Origin: an uncultured Eubacteriales bacterium
GTDB lineage: Bacteria > Bacillota > Clostridia > TANB77 > CAG-508
Assembly (NCBI GenBank): GCA_949287075.1
Contig: CASEEU010000079.1
Coordinates: forward strand, 229-64,228
Length of the DNA stretch: 64,000 bases
Direction: 5' to 3'
This document shows, piece by piece, positions 1 through 10,232 of the stretch. The position numbers and the translations under genes were made by a program. The first letter of the stretch is position 1. Every line of letters begins with the position of its first letter. The notes under the pieces are model-generated. The model was not told the DNA's origin, did not search any database, and was given only the letters and a program-made list of their open reading frames with translations.

Positions 1-26
1 AAAATAAAGAGAAAAGAGGAAATAAA

Positions 27-1136
27 ATGGGTAAATATTATTTCACTTCAGAAAGTGTGACAGAAGGACATCCTGACAAATTATGTGATATAATTTCAGA
101 TTGTATATTAGATGAATATTTAAAACAAGATAAATCTGCAAGAGTAGCAGTAGAAACCTTTGCTTCAGGTAATAGAATTACCATTGCAGGACAAGTAACT
201 GCAAAAGGTGAAGTAGATATTGAAAAATTAGTAAGAGAAAAAATAAAAGAAATCGGATATGATAATGAAAATATTGATATAGATTATAGAACTTGCAAAA
301 TTGATATTAACATTACAAAACAAAGTCCAGACATTGCATTGGGGGTAGATGTTGGAGGTGCCGGAGACCAAGGTATTATGTTTGGATTTGCTTGTGACGA
401 AACACCAGAATATATGCCATATGCTATTTCTATGGCACATAAATTATCTAAGCGATTGACAGAAGTAAGAAGAAATAAAGAAATTAATTATTTAAGACCA
501 GACGGAAAAACACAAGTAACAGTTGAATATGAAAATGATAAACCAAAAAGAATCGAAACCATATTGGTTTCTACACAACATGATGAAGAAATTAGCCAAG
601 AAAAATTAAAGAAAGATGTTATTGAAAAAGTGATTAAACCAGTAATTCCAGAAAATATGATAGATAAAGATACAAAAATCTATATTAATCCAACTGGAAA
701 ATTTGTCATTGGAGGACCTTTAGGAGATACAGGACTTACTGGTAGAAAAATTATTGTCGATACATATGGTGGATATGCAAGACATGGTGGAGGTGCATTT
801 TCAGGAAAAGATGCAAGTAAAGTAGATAGATCAGCAACATATATGTTAAGACATATTGCCAAAAATATTGTTGCAAATGGATATGCCAAAAAATGTGAAA
901 TACAAGTTTCTTATGCGATAGGTATGAAAGAACCATTATCAATTCATGTGAATACATTTGGAACAGGTATCATATCAGAAGAAGCTTTAATCACAAAGAT
1001 TAAAGAGAAGTTTGACTTAACACCAGATGGTATTATCAAGTATTTAGAATTAGATAAACCAATCTATTCATTAACAACCAATTATGGACATTTCGGAAAA
1101 GAAAATTTAACATGGGAAAGAATAATAAAATTATAG
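27..1136 (+). CDS. metK: S-adenosylmethionine synthetase
   Basis: Motifs [19 protein letters not shown] and GGGAFSGKD; RBS gagga upstream. Confidence 0.97.
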   Translation: MGKYYFTSESVTEGHPDKLCDIISDCILDEYLKQDKSARVAVETFASGNRITIAGQVTAKGEVDIEKLVREKIKEIGYDNENIDIDYRTCKIDINITKQSPDIALGVDVGGAGDQGIMFGFACDETPEYMPYAISMAHKLSKRLTEVRRNKEINYLRPDGKTQVTVEYENDKPKRIETILVSTQHDEEISQEKLKKDVIEKVIKPVIPENMIDKDTKIYINPTGKFVIGGPLGDTGLTGRKIIVDTYGGYARHGGGAFSGKDASKVDRSATYMLRHIAKNIVANGYAKKCEIQVSYAIGMKEPLSIHVNTFGTGIISEEALITKIKEKFDLTPDGIIKYLELDKPIYSLTTNYGHFGKENLTWERIIKL

Positions 1137-1173
1137 TATAGAAAGAAATGAGAAAGAAGAGGAAAAAGTACAA

Positions 1174-2205
1174 ATGCTAAAACGAATTATAGAAAAAAAT
1201 TATAAATGGATTATCGCTTTCCTTTGTCTAATTATTGTCTTAATGATGTTAGAAGATATTTTTGAAAATCAGCAACTAACATTAGATATGGTTGTATATA
1301 AGCTAGTTATTTTGAATCTGAGGTCAGAACCACTGACTGTAATTATGAAGGTAATAACAAATTTATCTTCTGCATATGTATTAATAGCAATAACGTTAGG
1401 AACATTGCTTTTTATAAAAAATAAAAAAGTAGGTCTATGTATAGCTAGCAATCTAGTCGTCACAACTTTGCTAAATCAATTATTAAAATATATTATACAA
1501 AGACCAAGACCAGACGGATATAGATTAATTGCAGAAAGTGGATATAGTTTTCCATCAGGACATTCTATGGTTAGTATGGCTTTTTATGGATTAATCATTT
1601 ATTTAATATGGAAAATGGTTAAAAATAAAAAAATAAAATACATTAGCTGTGGGATTTTAGGATTTTTAATACCTTTAATTGGATTTAGTAGAATTTATTT
1701 AGGCGTACATTATGCAAGTGATGTTATTGGTGGATTTGCAATATCTATCGTATATTTAATGTTATTTACAAATATTACAAGGTCTGTGTTACAATTAGAA
1801 AAGGAAAAAGTGAAGATGATTGATAAAAGAAAAATGGTTAAATTAAGAAAAAAAAGAAAAAAATTAAGAAATAGTTTTAAATATGCTTTCGAAGGAATTG
1901 TAGAAGCATGGAAAACAGAGCAAAATTTAAAAATACATTTTATCATTATGACATTGGTTATTATTGCGGGATTTATTTTTAAAATATCTGCTATGGAATG
2001 GATTGTATGCTTATTATTATTTTCTATAGTCATTTCATTAGAACTAATTAATACAGCTATTGAAACAACAGTAGATATTGCTATGCCAGAGATTAACGAA
2101 AAAGCCAAATATGCAAAAGATATTGCTGCAGGTGCCGTACTATTTTCTGCAATTATTTCTGTAATTGTAGGATTGATTATATTTTTACCTAAAATATTTG
2201 GATAA
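1174..2205 (+). CDS. PAP2-family phosphatase fused to a DgkA-type (undecaprenol/diacylglycerol) kinase
   Basis: N-terminal half has QRPRP, SFPSGHS and SRIYLGVHYASD; C-terminal half has SFKYAFEGI, ELINTAIE and AKDIAAGAV. Confidence 0.9.
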   Translation: MLKRIIEKNYKWIIAFLCLIIVLMMLEDIFENQQLTLDMVVYKLVILNLRSEPLTVIMKVITNLSSAYVLIAITLGTLLFIKNKKVGLCIASNLVVTTLLNQLLKYIIQRPRPDGYRLIAESGYSFPSGHSMVSMAFYGLIIYLIWKMVKNKKIKYISCGILGFLIPLIGFSRIYLGVHYASDVIGGFAISIVYLMLFTNITRSVLQLEKEKVKMIDKRKMVKLRKKRKKLRNSFKYAFEGIVEAWKTEQNLKIHFIIMTLVIIAGFIFKISAMEWIVCLLLFSIVISLELINTAIETTVDIAMPEINEKAKYAKDIAAGAVLFSAIISVIVGLIIFLPKIFG

Positions 2206-2212
2206 ATAAGAT

Positions 2213-2250
2213 AAAAGCACGAAGTTTTTTTACAAAAGACTTGTGCTTTT
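2213..2250 (+). terminator. Intrinsic terminator-like hairpin after the PAP2-DgkA gene
   Basis: Inverted repeat aaaagcac(g)aagt...acttgtgctttt followed by T-rich sequence. Confidence 0.55.
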
Positions 2251-2270
2251 CTTTAGTTATATTATATAAT
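2241..2270 (+). promoter_or_regulatory. Probable sigmaA promoter of pta
   Basis: TTGTGC-N18-TATAAT, 25 nt before the start codon; RBS aaggagg. Confidence 0.45.
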
Positions 2271-2295
2271 AGTTGATGTAAAGGAGGCAATAAAA

Positions 2296-3288
2296 ATGGC
2301 GTTTATAGAAGAAATTAAACAAAGAGCAAAACAAGAAATCAAAACGATTATTCTTCCAGAAGCAGAAGACATAAGAGTATTACAAGCAACTGAAAAAGTA
2401 ATGAAAGAGAAATACGCAAATATCATTTTAATAGGAAATGAAGAAAATATTTTAGAAAAGGCAAAAACAAATGAGGTAAATATTGAAGGTGCCCAAATTG
2501 TTGATCCACAAAGATCAAAAGATTATGAGAAATATACGAATCTTTTGTATGAATTAAGAAAACACAAAGGAATGACAATAGAAAAAGCAAAAGAATTGGT
2601 TTTAGACCCAGTATACTATGGAATGTTAATGGTAAAAGATAATAAAGCAGATGGATTAGTTTCAGGGGCAGCACATTCTACATCAGATACATTAAGACCA
2701 GCTTTACAAATTTTAAAAACAGCGCCAGATACCAAATTAGTTTCTGCCTTTTTTGTTATGGTAGTACCTAATTGTGAATATGGTGAAAATGGTGTATTTA
2801 TATTTGGAGATAGTGGCCTAAATGAAAACCCTAATCCAGAGCAATTATCAGAAATTGCTATTTCATCAAGTAAAAGTTTTAAACAACTAGTAGGAAAAGA
2901 AGCAAAAGTAGCAATGCTTTCTTATTCTACTTATGGAAGTGCACATTCAGAGCTAACTGAAAAAGTAATTGAGGCAACACAATTAGTAAAAGAAAAACAA
3001 AAAGATTTATTAGTAGATGGAGAATTGCAATTAGATGCAGCTATTGTTCCAGAAATTGCAAAATCAAAAGCACCAAATAGTCCATTGAAAGGAGAAGCAA
3101 ATGTATTAATTTTCCCTGATTTAAATGCAGGAAATATTGGATATAAATTGGTACAAAGATTGGCAAAAGCAGAAGCATATGGACCATTATGTCAAGGTAT
3201 TGCAAAACCAGTAAATGATTTATCAAGAGGTTGTAATAGTGATGATATAGCAGGCGTTGTTGCTATAACAGCAGTGCAAGCACAATAA
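2296..3288 (+). CDS. pta: Phosphate acetyltransferase
   Basis: Motifs IILPEAED, DGELQLDAAIV, NIGYKLVQR and PVNDLSRGC. Confidence 0.96.
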   Translation: MAFIEEIKQRAKQEIKTIILPEAEDIRVLQATEKVMKEKYANIILIGNEENILEKAKTNEVNIEGAQIVDPQRSKDYEKYTNLLYELRKHKGMTIEKAKELVLDPVYYGMLMVKDNKADGLVSGAAHSTSDTLRPALQILKTAPDTKLVSAFFVMVVPNCEYGENGVFIFGDSGLNENPNPEQLSEIAISSSKSFKQLVGKEAKVAMLSYSTYGSAHSELTEKVIEATQLVKEKQKDLLVDGELQLDAAIVPEIAKSKAPNSPLKGEANVLIFPDLNAGNIGYKLVQRLAKAEAYGPLCQGIAKPVNDLSRGCNSDDIAGVVAITAVQAQ

Positions 3289-3312
3289 AACCATAGAAGG
3301 GAGAAATATATC

Positions 3313-3834
3313 ATGAAACACGAAATGATAGATGAATATAATACAAGAGGAGAAAAAATTGGAATTGTTGATAAGGCTGTAGCACATGAAAAAGGATTAT
3401 GGCATAAATCAGTACATGTTTGGATTATAAATGATAAAAACGAAGTATTATTACAATATAGGTCGGCTGAAAAAGATTTATATCCTAATACATGGGATTG
3501 CTCATTTGCTGGACATATAGATGCAGGAGAAAGTTCAATAGAAGCAGTATTAAGAGAAGGAAAAGAAGAATTAGATATTGATGTTAATTTAGAAAATTTA
3601 CAATATGTTTTCACAAATAGAGAAATGTTTCAATATGGACAGGTAAATAGCAATGAGTTTGTTGATATTTATATATTAAGACAAAATATTAACCTACAAA
3701 ATGTTGAGCTTCAAAAAGAAGAAGTAAGTAATGCCAAATATGTTTCAAAAGAACAATTTTTTGAATTAATGGAGAATGGAACTTTAATACCTCATAAAAT
3801 TGAATATATGGTATTAAAGGAAATTTTAAAATAA
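3313..3834 (+). CDS. NUDIX hydrolase (Idi type-1/YfcD-like)
   Basis: Nudix box GHIDAGESSIEAVLREGKEELDI; N-terminal GLWHKSVHVW. Confidence 0.85.
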   Translation: MKHEMIDEYNTRGEKIGIVDKAVAHEKGLWHKSVHVWIINDKNEVLLQYRSAEKDLYPNTWDCSFAGHIDAGESSIEAVLREGKEELDIDVNLENLQYVFTNREMFQYGQVNSNEFVDIYILRQNINLQNVELQKEEVSNAKYVSKEQFFELMENGTLIPHKIEYMVLKEILK

Positions 3835-3846
3835 AGAGAGGTATGT

Positions 3847-5040
3847 ATGAAAATATTAGTGTTAAATTCAGGGAGTTCATCCTTAAAATATCAAGTCATT
3901 GATATGGAAACAGAAACTGTTTTAGCAAAAGGATATTTCGAAAGAATTGGTCAGGCAGATTCGTTTTTGACACATAAAGTAAAGGGAGAAGTACACAAAT
4001 TTGAGCATTATGCTAAAAACCATGATAAAGCGATTTCATTTGTATTAAGTAGATTAACAAATCCACATTATGGTGTTATTCAGAACTTAGAAGAACTAGC
4101 TGGTATTGGACATAGAGTTGTTCATGGAGGAGAAAAATTTGCCAATCCAGTAGTAATAACAGATGAAGTCATAAAAGGAATAGAGGATTGCGTAGGATTA
4201 GCACCATTACATAATCCAGCAGCAATCTTAGGAATTAAAGCTTGTAAAAAATTGGCACCGAATATCAAAATGGTAGCTGTATTTGATACAGCATTTCATC
4301 AAACACTACAAAAGGAAAGATACATCTATCCGATACCATATGAATATTATGAAAAGTATGGAGTTAGAAAATATGGGTTTCATGGAACTTCTCATCAATT
4401 TGTTGCTAATAGAGCAGCAGAATTGGTAGGAAAAGATGTCAAAGAATTAAAGATTATTAATTGCCATTTAGGACAAGGAGCAAGTGTGTGTGCCATTCAA
4501 TATGGACAGTCAGTAGAAACCAGTATGGGATTAACACCACTTGGAGGAATCTCTATGGGGACTCGAAGTGGAGATTTAGATCCATCAGTTGTTACCTATA
4601 TCATGAAAAAAGAAAATCTAAAACCAGATGAAATGGAAAAAATATTAAACAAACAATCAGGAGCTTATGGGATATCTGGTGTGTCTGTTGATTTTAGAGA
4701 TATAGAAGCAGAAGCAGCGGCAGATGATGCAAGATCAATATTAGCACTAGATAATTTCCATTACTTAGCCGCTAGCTATGTAGCCAAATGTGCAGTAGCC
4801 ATGAATGGATTTGACATATTAACTTTCACAGCAGGTGTGGGAGAAAAAGGACAAGATTCAAGAGAAGCTATTTGTGACTATTTAGAAGTGTTTGGTGTCA
4901 AAATAGATAAAGAATATAATCAAAAGGTAAAAGGAATTGAGGCAGAAATTACAGCAAAGGATGCAAAGGTTAGAACCTTTGTGATTCCAACAAATGAAGA
5001 ATTGATGATAGCAAGAGAGACAGTAAATGCAAAGGCATAA
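3847..5040 (+). CDS. ackA: Acetate kinase, copy 1
   Basis: Motifs LNSGSSSLKY, GHRVVHGG, FHGTSH and TNEELMIA. Confidence 0.95.
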   Translation: MKILVLNSGSSSLKYQVIDMETETVLAKGYFERIGQADSFLTHKVKGEVHKFEHYAKNHDKAISFVLSRLTNPHYGVIQNLEELAGIGHRVVHGGEKFANPVVITDEVIKGIEDCVGLAPLHNPAAILGIKACKKLAPNIKMVAVFDTAFHQTLQKERYIYPIPYEYYEKYGVRKYGFHGTSHQFVANRAAELVGKDVKELKIINCHLGQGASVCAIQYGQSVETSMGLTPLGGISMGTRSGDLDPSVVTYIMKKENLKPDEMEKILNKQSGAYGISGVSVDFRDIEAEAAADDARSILALDNFHYLAASYVAKCAVAMNGFDILTFTAGVGEKGQDSREAICDYLEVFGVKIDKEYNQKVKGIEAEITAKDAKVRTFVIPTNEELMIARETVNAKA

Positions 5041-5068
5041 AAATATATTAAATTTCAGGGAGGAAAAA

Positions 5069-6268
5069 ATGAAAGTTTTAGTTTTAAATTGTGGTAGTTC
5101 ATCACTAAAGTATCAATTAATTAATATGGAGACAGAAGAAGTATTGGCTTCCGGAAAATATGAAAGAATTGGAGAAGAAGAAGCATTTATTACTCATAAG
5201 GTAAACGGACAAAAAATCGAAATTAAAAAACCAGCATATAACCATAAAGAAGCAATCGAATTTACATTGGAACAATTTACAAATCCAGAATATAAAGTCA
5301 TAGATTCTTTAGATGAAATTAGTGCTGTAGGACATAGAGTTGTTCATGGTGGAGAAAAAATAACAGAATCTGTTGTTATAACAGATGAGGTTATTAAAAC
5401 AATAGAAGAATGTACCGATTTAGCACCATTACATAATCCAGCATGTATGTTAGGAATTGAAGCTTGTAGAGAGGTTATGCCAAATAAACCAATGGTAGGT
5501 GTATTTGACACAGCATTCCATTCATCAATTCCAAAAGATAAATTTATATATCCAATTCCTTATGAATATTATGAAAAATATGGTGTTAGAAAATATGGAT
5601 TCCATGGAACTTCTCATATGTATGTATCTCAAAGACTTGGTGAGATAGAAAATAAATCTCTTGAAGGAACTAAAATTGTTACTTGCCATTTAGGTCAAGG
5701 GGCTAGTATATGTGCTGTAAAAGATGGTAAATCAATGGATACAAGTATGGGATTAACACCACTTGCAGGATTGCCTATGGTAACAAGAAGTGGAGATTTA
5801 GATCCATCAGTAGTTACGTTTATCATGAAAAAAGAAAATCTAGATGCACAAACCATGGAAGATATCTTAAATAAAAAATCAGGCTTAGCAAGTATATCAG
5901 GAATGGCACCAGATTTTAGAGTTATAGAAGATGAATCAAACAAAGGAACAGAAAGAGCAAAAATGGCAATTGAACAATTCAATTATTCTATTGCAAGCTT
6001 TATTGCAAAATATGCTGTGGCTATGAAAGGTATTGATTACATCATCTTTACAGGTGGTATTGGAGAAAATCAAATTAATATCAGAAAAGGTATTTGTGAA
6101 AAACTAGAATTTATGGGTGTAAAACTAGACTTAGATAAAAACAACATGAGAGGAGAAGAAAAAGTGATTTCAACACCTGACTCAAAAATAAAGGTATATG
6201 TTATACCTACAAATGAAGAGTTAATGATTGCAAAAGAAACCAAAAGGCTTGTAGAAGAAAATAATTAA
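5069..6268 (+). CDS. ackA: Acetate kinase, copy 2 (start re-called to 5069)
   Basis: Same motif set (LNCGSSSLKY, GHRVVHGG, FTGGIGEN); RBS ggagg before ATG 5069. Confidence 0.95.
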   Translation: MKVLVLNCGSSSLKYQLINMETEEVLASGKYERIGEEEAFITHKVNGQKIEIKKPAYNHKEAIEFTLEQFTNPEYKVIDSLDEISAVGHRVVHGGEKITESVVITDEVIKTIEECTDLAPLHNPACMLGIEACREVMPNKPMVGVFDTAFHSSIPKDKFIYPIPYEYYEKYGVRKYGFHGTSHMYVSQRLGEIENKSLEGTKIVTCHLGQGASICAVKDGKSMDTSMGLTPLAGLPMVTRSGDLDPSVVTFIMKKENLDAQTMEDILNKKSGLASISGMAPDFRVIEDESNKGTERAKMAIEQFNYSIASFIAKYAVAMKGIDYIIFTGGIGENQINIRKGICEKLEFMGVKLDLDKNNMRGEEKVISTPDSKIKVYVIPTNEELMIAKETKRLVEENN

Positions 6269-6278
6269 TAAAGTATAG

Positions 6279-6308
6279 AAGAACACATATAAAACAATAT
6301 GTGTTCTT
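6279..6308 (+). terminator. Terminator-like hairpin after ackA2
   Basis: 12-bp stem aagaacacatat / atatgtgttctt. Confidence 0.65.
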
Positions 6309-6366
6309 GAAATATATTTTAAGGAACAAAATATAAAGTTACATAATACAAAAAAATAAAAAATGG

Positions 6367-6395
6367 TTTACACCACAATAAAAATGTGATATACT
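6367..6395 (+). promoter_or_regulatory. sigmaA promoter of guaB
   Basis: TTTACA-N17-TATACT with extended -10 TG. Confidence 0.7.
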
Positions 6396-6490
6396 AGTAC
6401 TATCAATTTTTCAAGGAGAGAATGATGACAGAATAAAAAAGGTTCTGCATCATTTCATTTTATAATTTTATAATAGATGGAGGAGTTAAC

Positions 6491-7996
6491 ATGGCAAAGA
6501 TTTTAGAAGATATTTCAAGAACATTTAATGAATTTTTATTATTACCAAACTTAACAGATGAAAGATGTATCCCAAGTAAGGTATCCTTAAAAACACCACT
6601 TGTAAAATACAAAAAAGGTGAAGAACCAAAATATTATGCAAATATTCCAATGGTATCTGCGATTATGCAATCTGTATCAGGAGTAGATATGGGAATTGCT
6701 TTAGCCAGAGAAGGTGGAGTTGCATTTATTTATGGTTCACAAAGTATTGAATCACAAGCAGAAATGGTAAGACAAGTAAAGAAACATAAAGCAGGATTCA
6801 TTGTTAGTGACTCAAATGTAAAATCTGGAACACCTTTAAAAGATGTTATTGACTTAGTTATTAAAACAGGACATTCAACTGTTATGATAACAGAAGATGG
6901 AACAGCAAAAGGAAAATTTATTGGACTAGTAACAGACAAAGATTATCGTGTATCTAGAGATGATATGGAAGCTCCAATTGATAATTTTATGACACCAAAG
7001 GAAAAAGCGGTATGGGCACATGAAGGAATTTCTTTGTCAGAAGCAAATGATTTAATATGGGAAAAGAAAATTGCATGTTTGCCAATATTAACAAATGAAG
7101 GAAACTTGAAATATTTAGTATTTAGAAAAGATTATGAAGAAAGAAAAAATAATCCAGATTCTTTATTAGATGAAGATAAAAGATATATTGTAGGTGCAGG
7201 TATTAATACTAGAGACCATGAACAAAGAATACCAGCATTAGTAGATGCAGGTGTAGATTTAATTTGTATGGATTCTTCAGATGGATATTCTGTATGGCAA
7301 AAAAATACAATTGATTTTGTAAGAGCAAAATATGGAGATTCTGTTAAAATTGGTGCAGGAAATGTTGTAGATGCAGAAGGATTTAGATATTTAGCAGAAG
7401 CTGGAGCAGATTTTATTAAAGTAGGTGTTGGTGGAGGATCTATTTGTATCACACGTGAAACCAAAGGTATTGGACGTGGACAAGCCTCAGCTTTAATTGA
7501 TGTTGTTGCAGAAAGAGATAGATATTTTGAAGAAACAGGAATTTATATACCAGTTTGTTCAGATGGTGGAATTGTACATGATCATCACATTACCATTGCT
7601 TTAGCATTAGGAGCAGATTTTGTTATGATGGGAAGATATTTTGCTAGATTTGATGAAAGTCCAACAAGAGTTGTGAAAAAAGGAAATGGCTATGTAAAAG
7701 AATATTGGGGTGAAGGTTCTAATAGAGCAAGAAACTGGCAAAGATACGATATGGGAGGAGACGCAAAACTTTCATTTGAAGAAGGTGTTGACTCATATAT
7801 TCCATATGCGGGAAAATTAAAAGACAATTTAGCAATTACTTGTGCAAAAATTAAATCAACAATGTGTAACTGTGGAAGTGTTACAATTCCAGAATTACAC
7901 GAAAAAGCAAGATTAACATTGGTTTCTGATGTTAGTATTTCAGAAGGTAGTGCACATGATGTTATCTTAAAAGAAATTGATAATCAATATAAATAG
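6491..7996 (+). CDS. guaB: IMP dehydrogenase with CBS domains
   Basis: Catalytic loop [12 protein letters not shown], plus SDGGI, YWGEGS and FEEGVDS. Confidence 0.95.
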   Translation: MAKILEDISRTFNEFLLLPNLTDERCIPSKVSLKTPLVKYKKGEEPKYYANIPMVSAIMQSVSGVDMGIALAREGGVAFIYGSQSIESQAEMVRQVKKHKAGFIVSDSNVKSGTPLKDVIDLVIKTGHSTVMITEDGTAKGKFIGLVTDKDYRVSRDDMEAPIDNFMTPKEKAVWAHEGISLSEANDLIWEKKIACLPILTNEGNLKYLVFRKDYEERKNNPDSLLDEDKRYIVGAGINTRDHEQRIPALVDAGVDLICMDSSDGYSVWQKNTIDFVRAKYGDSVKIGAGNVVDAEGFRYLAEAGADFIKVGVGGGSICITRETKGIGRGQASALIDVVAERDRYFEETGIYIPVCSDGGIVHDHHITIALALGADFVMMGRYFARFDESPTRVVKKGNGYVKEYWGEGSNRARNWQRYDMGGDAKLSFEEGVDSYIPYAGKLKDNLAITCAKIKSTMCNCGSVTIPELHEKARLTLVSDVSISEGSAHDVILKEIDNQYK

Positions 7997-7997
7997 T

Positions 7998-8043
7998 AAA
8001 AATAAGACATATGAAATCTTAGGTTTTGTATGTCTTATTTTTT
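7998..8043 (+). terminator. Terminator after guaB
   Basis: Stem aaaaataagacata / tatgtcttattttt with T tail. Confidence 0.75.
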
Positions 8044-8087
8044 ATCAAAAATTATAATCAAAAACTGTGTATTGCTCATGAAAAAGG

Positions 8088-8116
8088 TTGCAAAAAAAGC
8101 AATATAATGATAAGAT
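8088..8116 (+). promoter_or_regulatory. Probable sigmaA promoter of the glycosyltransferase locus
   Basis: TTGCAA-N17-TAAGAT with extended -10 TG. Confidence 0.5.
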
Positions 8117-8154
8117 AATGAAGAAAAATAATGTCTAAATAGAGGAGAAAATGA

Positions 8155-9249
8155 ATGAAAAAACTTTTTTTTGCAGCACATAACTTAGATTTAGGTGGAA
8201 TAGAATCAGCACTTGTTACATTAGTAAATGATTTATCCCAAAGAGGTTATGATATAACGATTGCATTAGAAAAAAGAGAAGGTGTATTTTTAGACAGATT
8301 AAATAACAAAATAAAAGTTGTAGAATATAACACCAACAACAATGAAAATATGATTTTAAGAAAGATATGTAATTTATTTAATAGAGTAAAATTTATAGTA
8401 AGATATAAAAATAAATTTGACTTTTCAGCAAGTTTTGCTACATATTCCTTGGCAAGTAGTTTTATGGCAAGAGCAGCATCTCAAAATTCAGCATTATGGT
8501 GTCATGCAGATTATTTAACTTTATACCAAGGAAACAAAGAAGAAGTAAAATCTTTTTTTAAAAATGTCAGTTGTGAAAAATTTCATCATATCATATTTGT
8601 ATCACAAGAAGGCACGAAAAGTTTTACAGAGATTTTCCCTGAGTTAAAAAATAAGACAATTACTTGTAATAATCTAATAAATGGAAAAGACATTATAGAA
8701 AAATCCAAAAAACCAATGATAGAAGAAAATATACAAGAATTGGCCAAAGAAGAATTTCCTATTTTTCTAAATGTAGGAAGACATGATGAAAGACAAAAAA
8801 AATTAACAAGAATCATAGAAGCCGCTAAAAAACTAAAAGAAGAAAACTTTAAATTTAAAATTATATTTATTGGGGATGGACAAGATACAAAATTATACCA
8901 AGAAAAAGTAAAGGAATATAACTTAGAAGAAACAATCCTATTTTTAGGTAGAAAAGAAAATCCATATCCATATTTTGTAATGAGTGATTGTATCATCTTA
9001 TCTTCTGAATATGAAGGATATCCAGTTGTATATTTAGAAAGTTTTGTATTGAATAAACCAATCATCACGACAAAAGTATCTGATTATAAACAAGTAGAAA
9101 ATGGAAGAGGAATGGTCGTAGAGAAAGATGCACAATCTATCTATATGGCAATGAAAGAATTTATACAAAATGGATATGAAGTAAAAAATCCATTTGATTA
9201 CGAAACATATAATGAAAATATAATAAAAACATTAGAAACAATATTTTAA
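8155..9249 (+). CDS. GT4 (GT-B fold) glycosyltransferase
   Basis: N-terminal LGGIE; SSEYEGYPVVYLES (EX7E motif). Confidence 0.9.
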   Translation: MKKLFFAAHNLDLGGIESALVTLVNDLSQRGYDITIALEKREGVFLDRLNNKIKVVEYNTNNNENMILRKICNLFNRVKFIVRYKNKFDFSASFATYSLASSFMARAASQNSALWCHADYLTLYQGNKEEVKSFFKNVSCEKFHHIIFVSQEGTKSFTEIFPELKNKTITCNNLINGKDIIEKSKKPMIEENIQELAKEEFPIFLNVGRHDERQKKLTRIIEAAKKLKEENFKFKIIFIGDGQDTKLYQEKVKEYNLEETILFLGRKENPYPYFVMSDCIILSSEYEGYPVVYLESFVLNKPIITTKVSDYKQVENGRGMVVEKDAQSIYMAMKEFIQNGYEVKNPFDYETYNENIIKTLETIF

Positions 9250-9257
9250 AAAGAAAG

Positions 9258-10232
9258 ATGGCGAGAATATTGAAAAAGTTAAGTGTCATTATTCCCGTAT
9301 ATAATGCGGAAAAAACATTAAAAAAATGTGTGGAGTCAGTTTTAAAACAAAAAGATGAAGATTTAGAAATTGTATTAATCAATGATGGAAGTACAGATGC
9401 ATCTGATAAAATAATACAAGAATACAAAGAAAAAAATCCAAAAATCATTTCTTATTACAAAAAGAAAAATACAGGGGTTGCTGATACAAGAAATTATGGA
9501 ATCAAAAAAGCAAAAGGAAAATATATCTTATTTCTTGATGGAGACGATTATTTAGATATCCATTTATATGGATTGGTAAAACAATATATGGAAAAAGATA
9601 TAGATTTAATTAAATTTAAATTGCAAAGAGAAGATGAAAAGGGAAATGTTATAGAAACAGTTAGCGGACCTGTATTTGAAAATAAAACAGGAGAAGAAGG
9701 ATTTGAAGAACTATATTCTAAAGATGTTTTACTAGATTCTCCTTGCGTATATGTGATAAAAAAAGAGATATTTACAAAGAATAAATTAGAGTTTAAAGTC
9801 GGAACAGAACATGAAGATTTTGGGTTAATGCCATTTGTAATCGTACTTGCAAAAACAATGATTTCTATTAACTTTTATGGATATCATTATGTGCAAGGAA
9901 AAGGAAGTATTACAAGAAATGATAGCTACGAAAAAACAAAGAAAAGAGCAAACGATGCTTTAAAACAATATGATGAAGCTTTATTAAAAATTGAAAGATA
10001 TACATTAAAACCAAAAACAGCAGAAACATTAAAAATTTATTATACAAATGCGATTTTATTAAAAATAGAAACATTAGAGAAAAAAGATCAAAAGCAATAT
10101 ATAAAAGAAATTAAAAAAAGAAAAATGACAAAAAATATTAAGGCCAAAGATATAAGACAATTATTCAGAAAAATCATTTTAAGCTTGAATATTAAATGGT
10201 ATTTAAGTTTAAGAAGAAAGGTTAAATCATGA
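9258..10232 (+). CDS. GT2 glycosyltransferase
   Basis: SVIIPVYNAE, INDGSTD, FLDGDD. Confidence 0.9.
   Translation: MARILKKLSVIIPVYNAEKTLKKCVESVLKQKDEDLEIVLINDGSTDASDKIIQEYKEKNPKIISYYKKKNTGVADTRNYGIKKAKGKYILFLDGDDYLDIHLYGLVKQYMEKDIDLIKFKLQREDEKGNVIETVSGPVFENKTGEEGFEELYSKDVLLDSPCVYVIKKEIFTKNKLEFKVGTEHEDFGLMPFVIVLAKTMISINFYGYHYVQGKGSITRNDSYEKTKKRANDALKQYDEALLKIERYTLKPKTAETLKIYYTNAILLKIETLEKKDQKQYIKEIKKRKMTKNIKAKDIRQLFRKIILSLNIKWYLSLRRKVKS

Noticed and set aside
5027-5068. Longest-ORF N-terminal extensions (5027, 14715, 18591, 21556, 34878, 40545, 56871)
   Set aside because: Downstream ATGs have good SD sequences and match family N-termini, so starts were re-called
6396-6490. Purine riboswitch upstream of guaB
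   Set aside because: The conserved aptamer segments are absent and there is too little room; only the uORF/hairpin is reported
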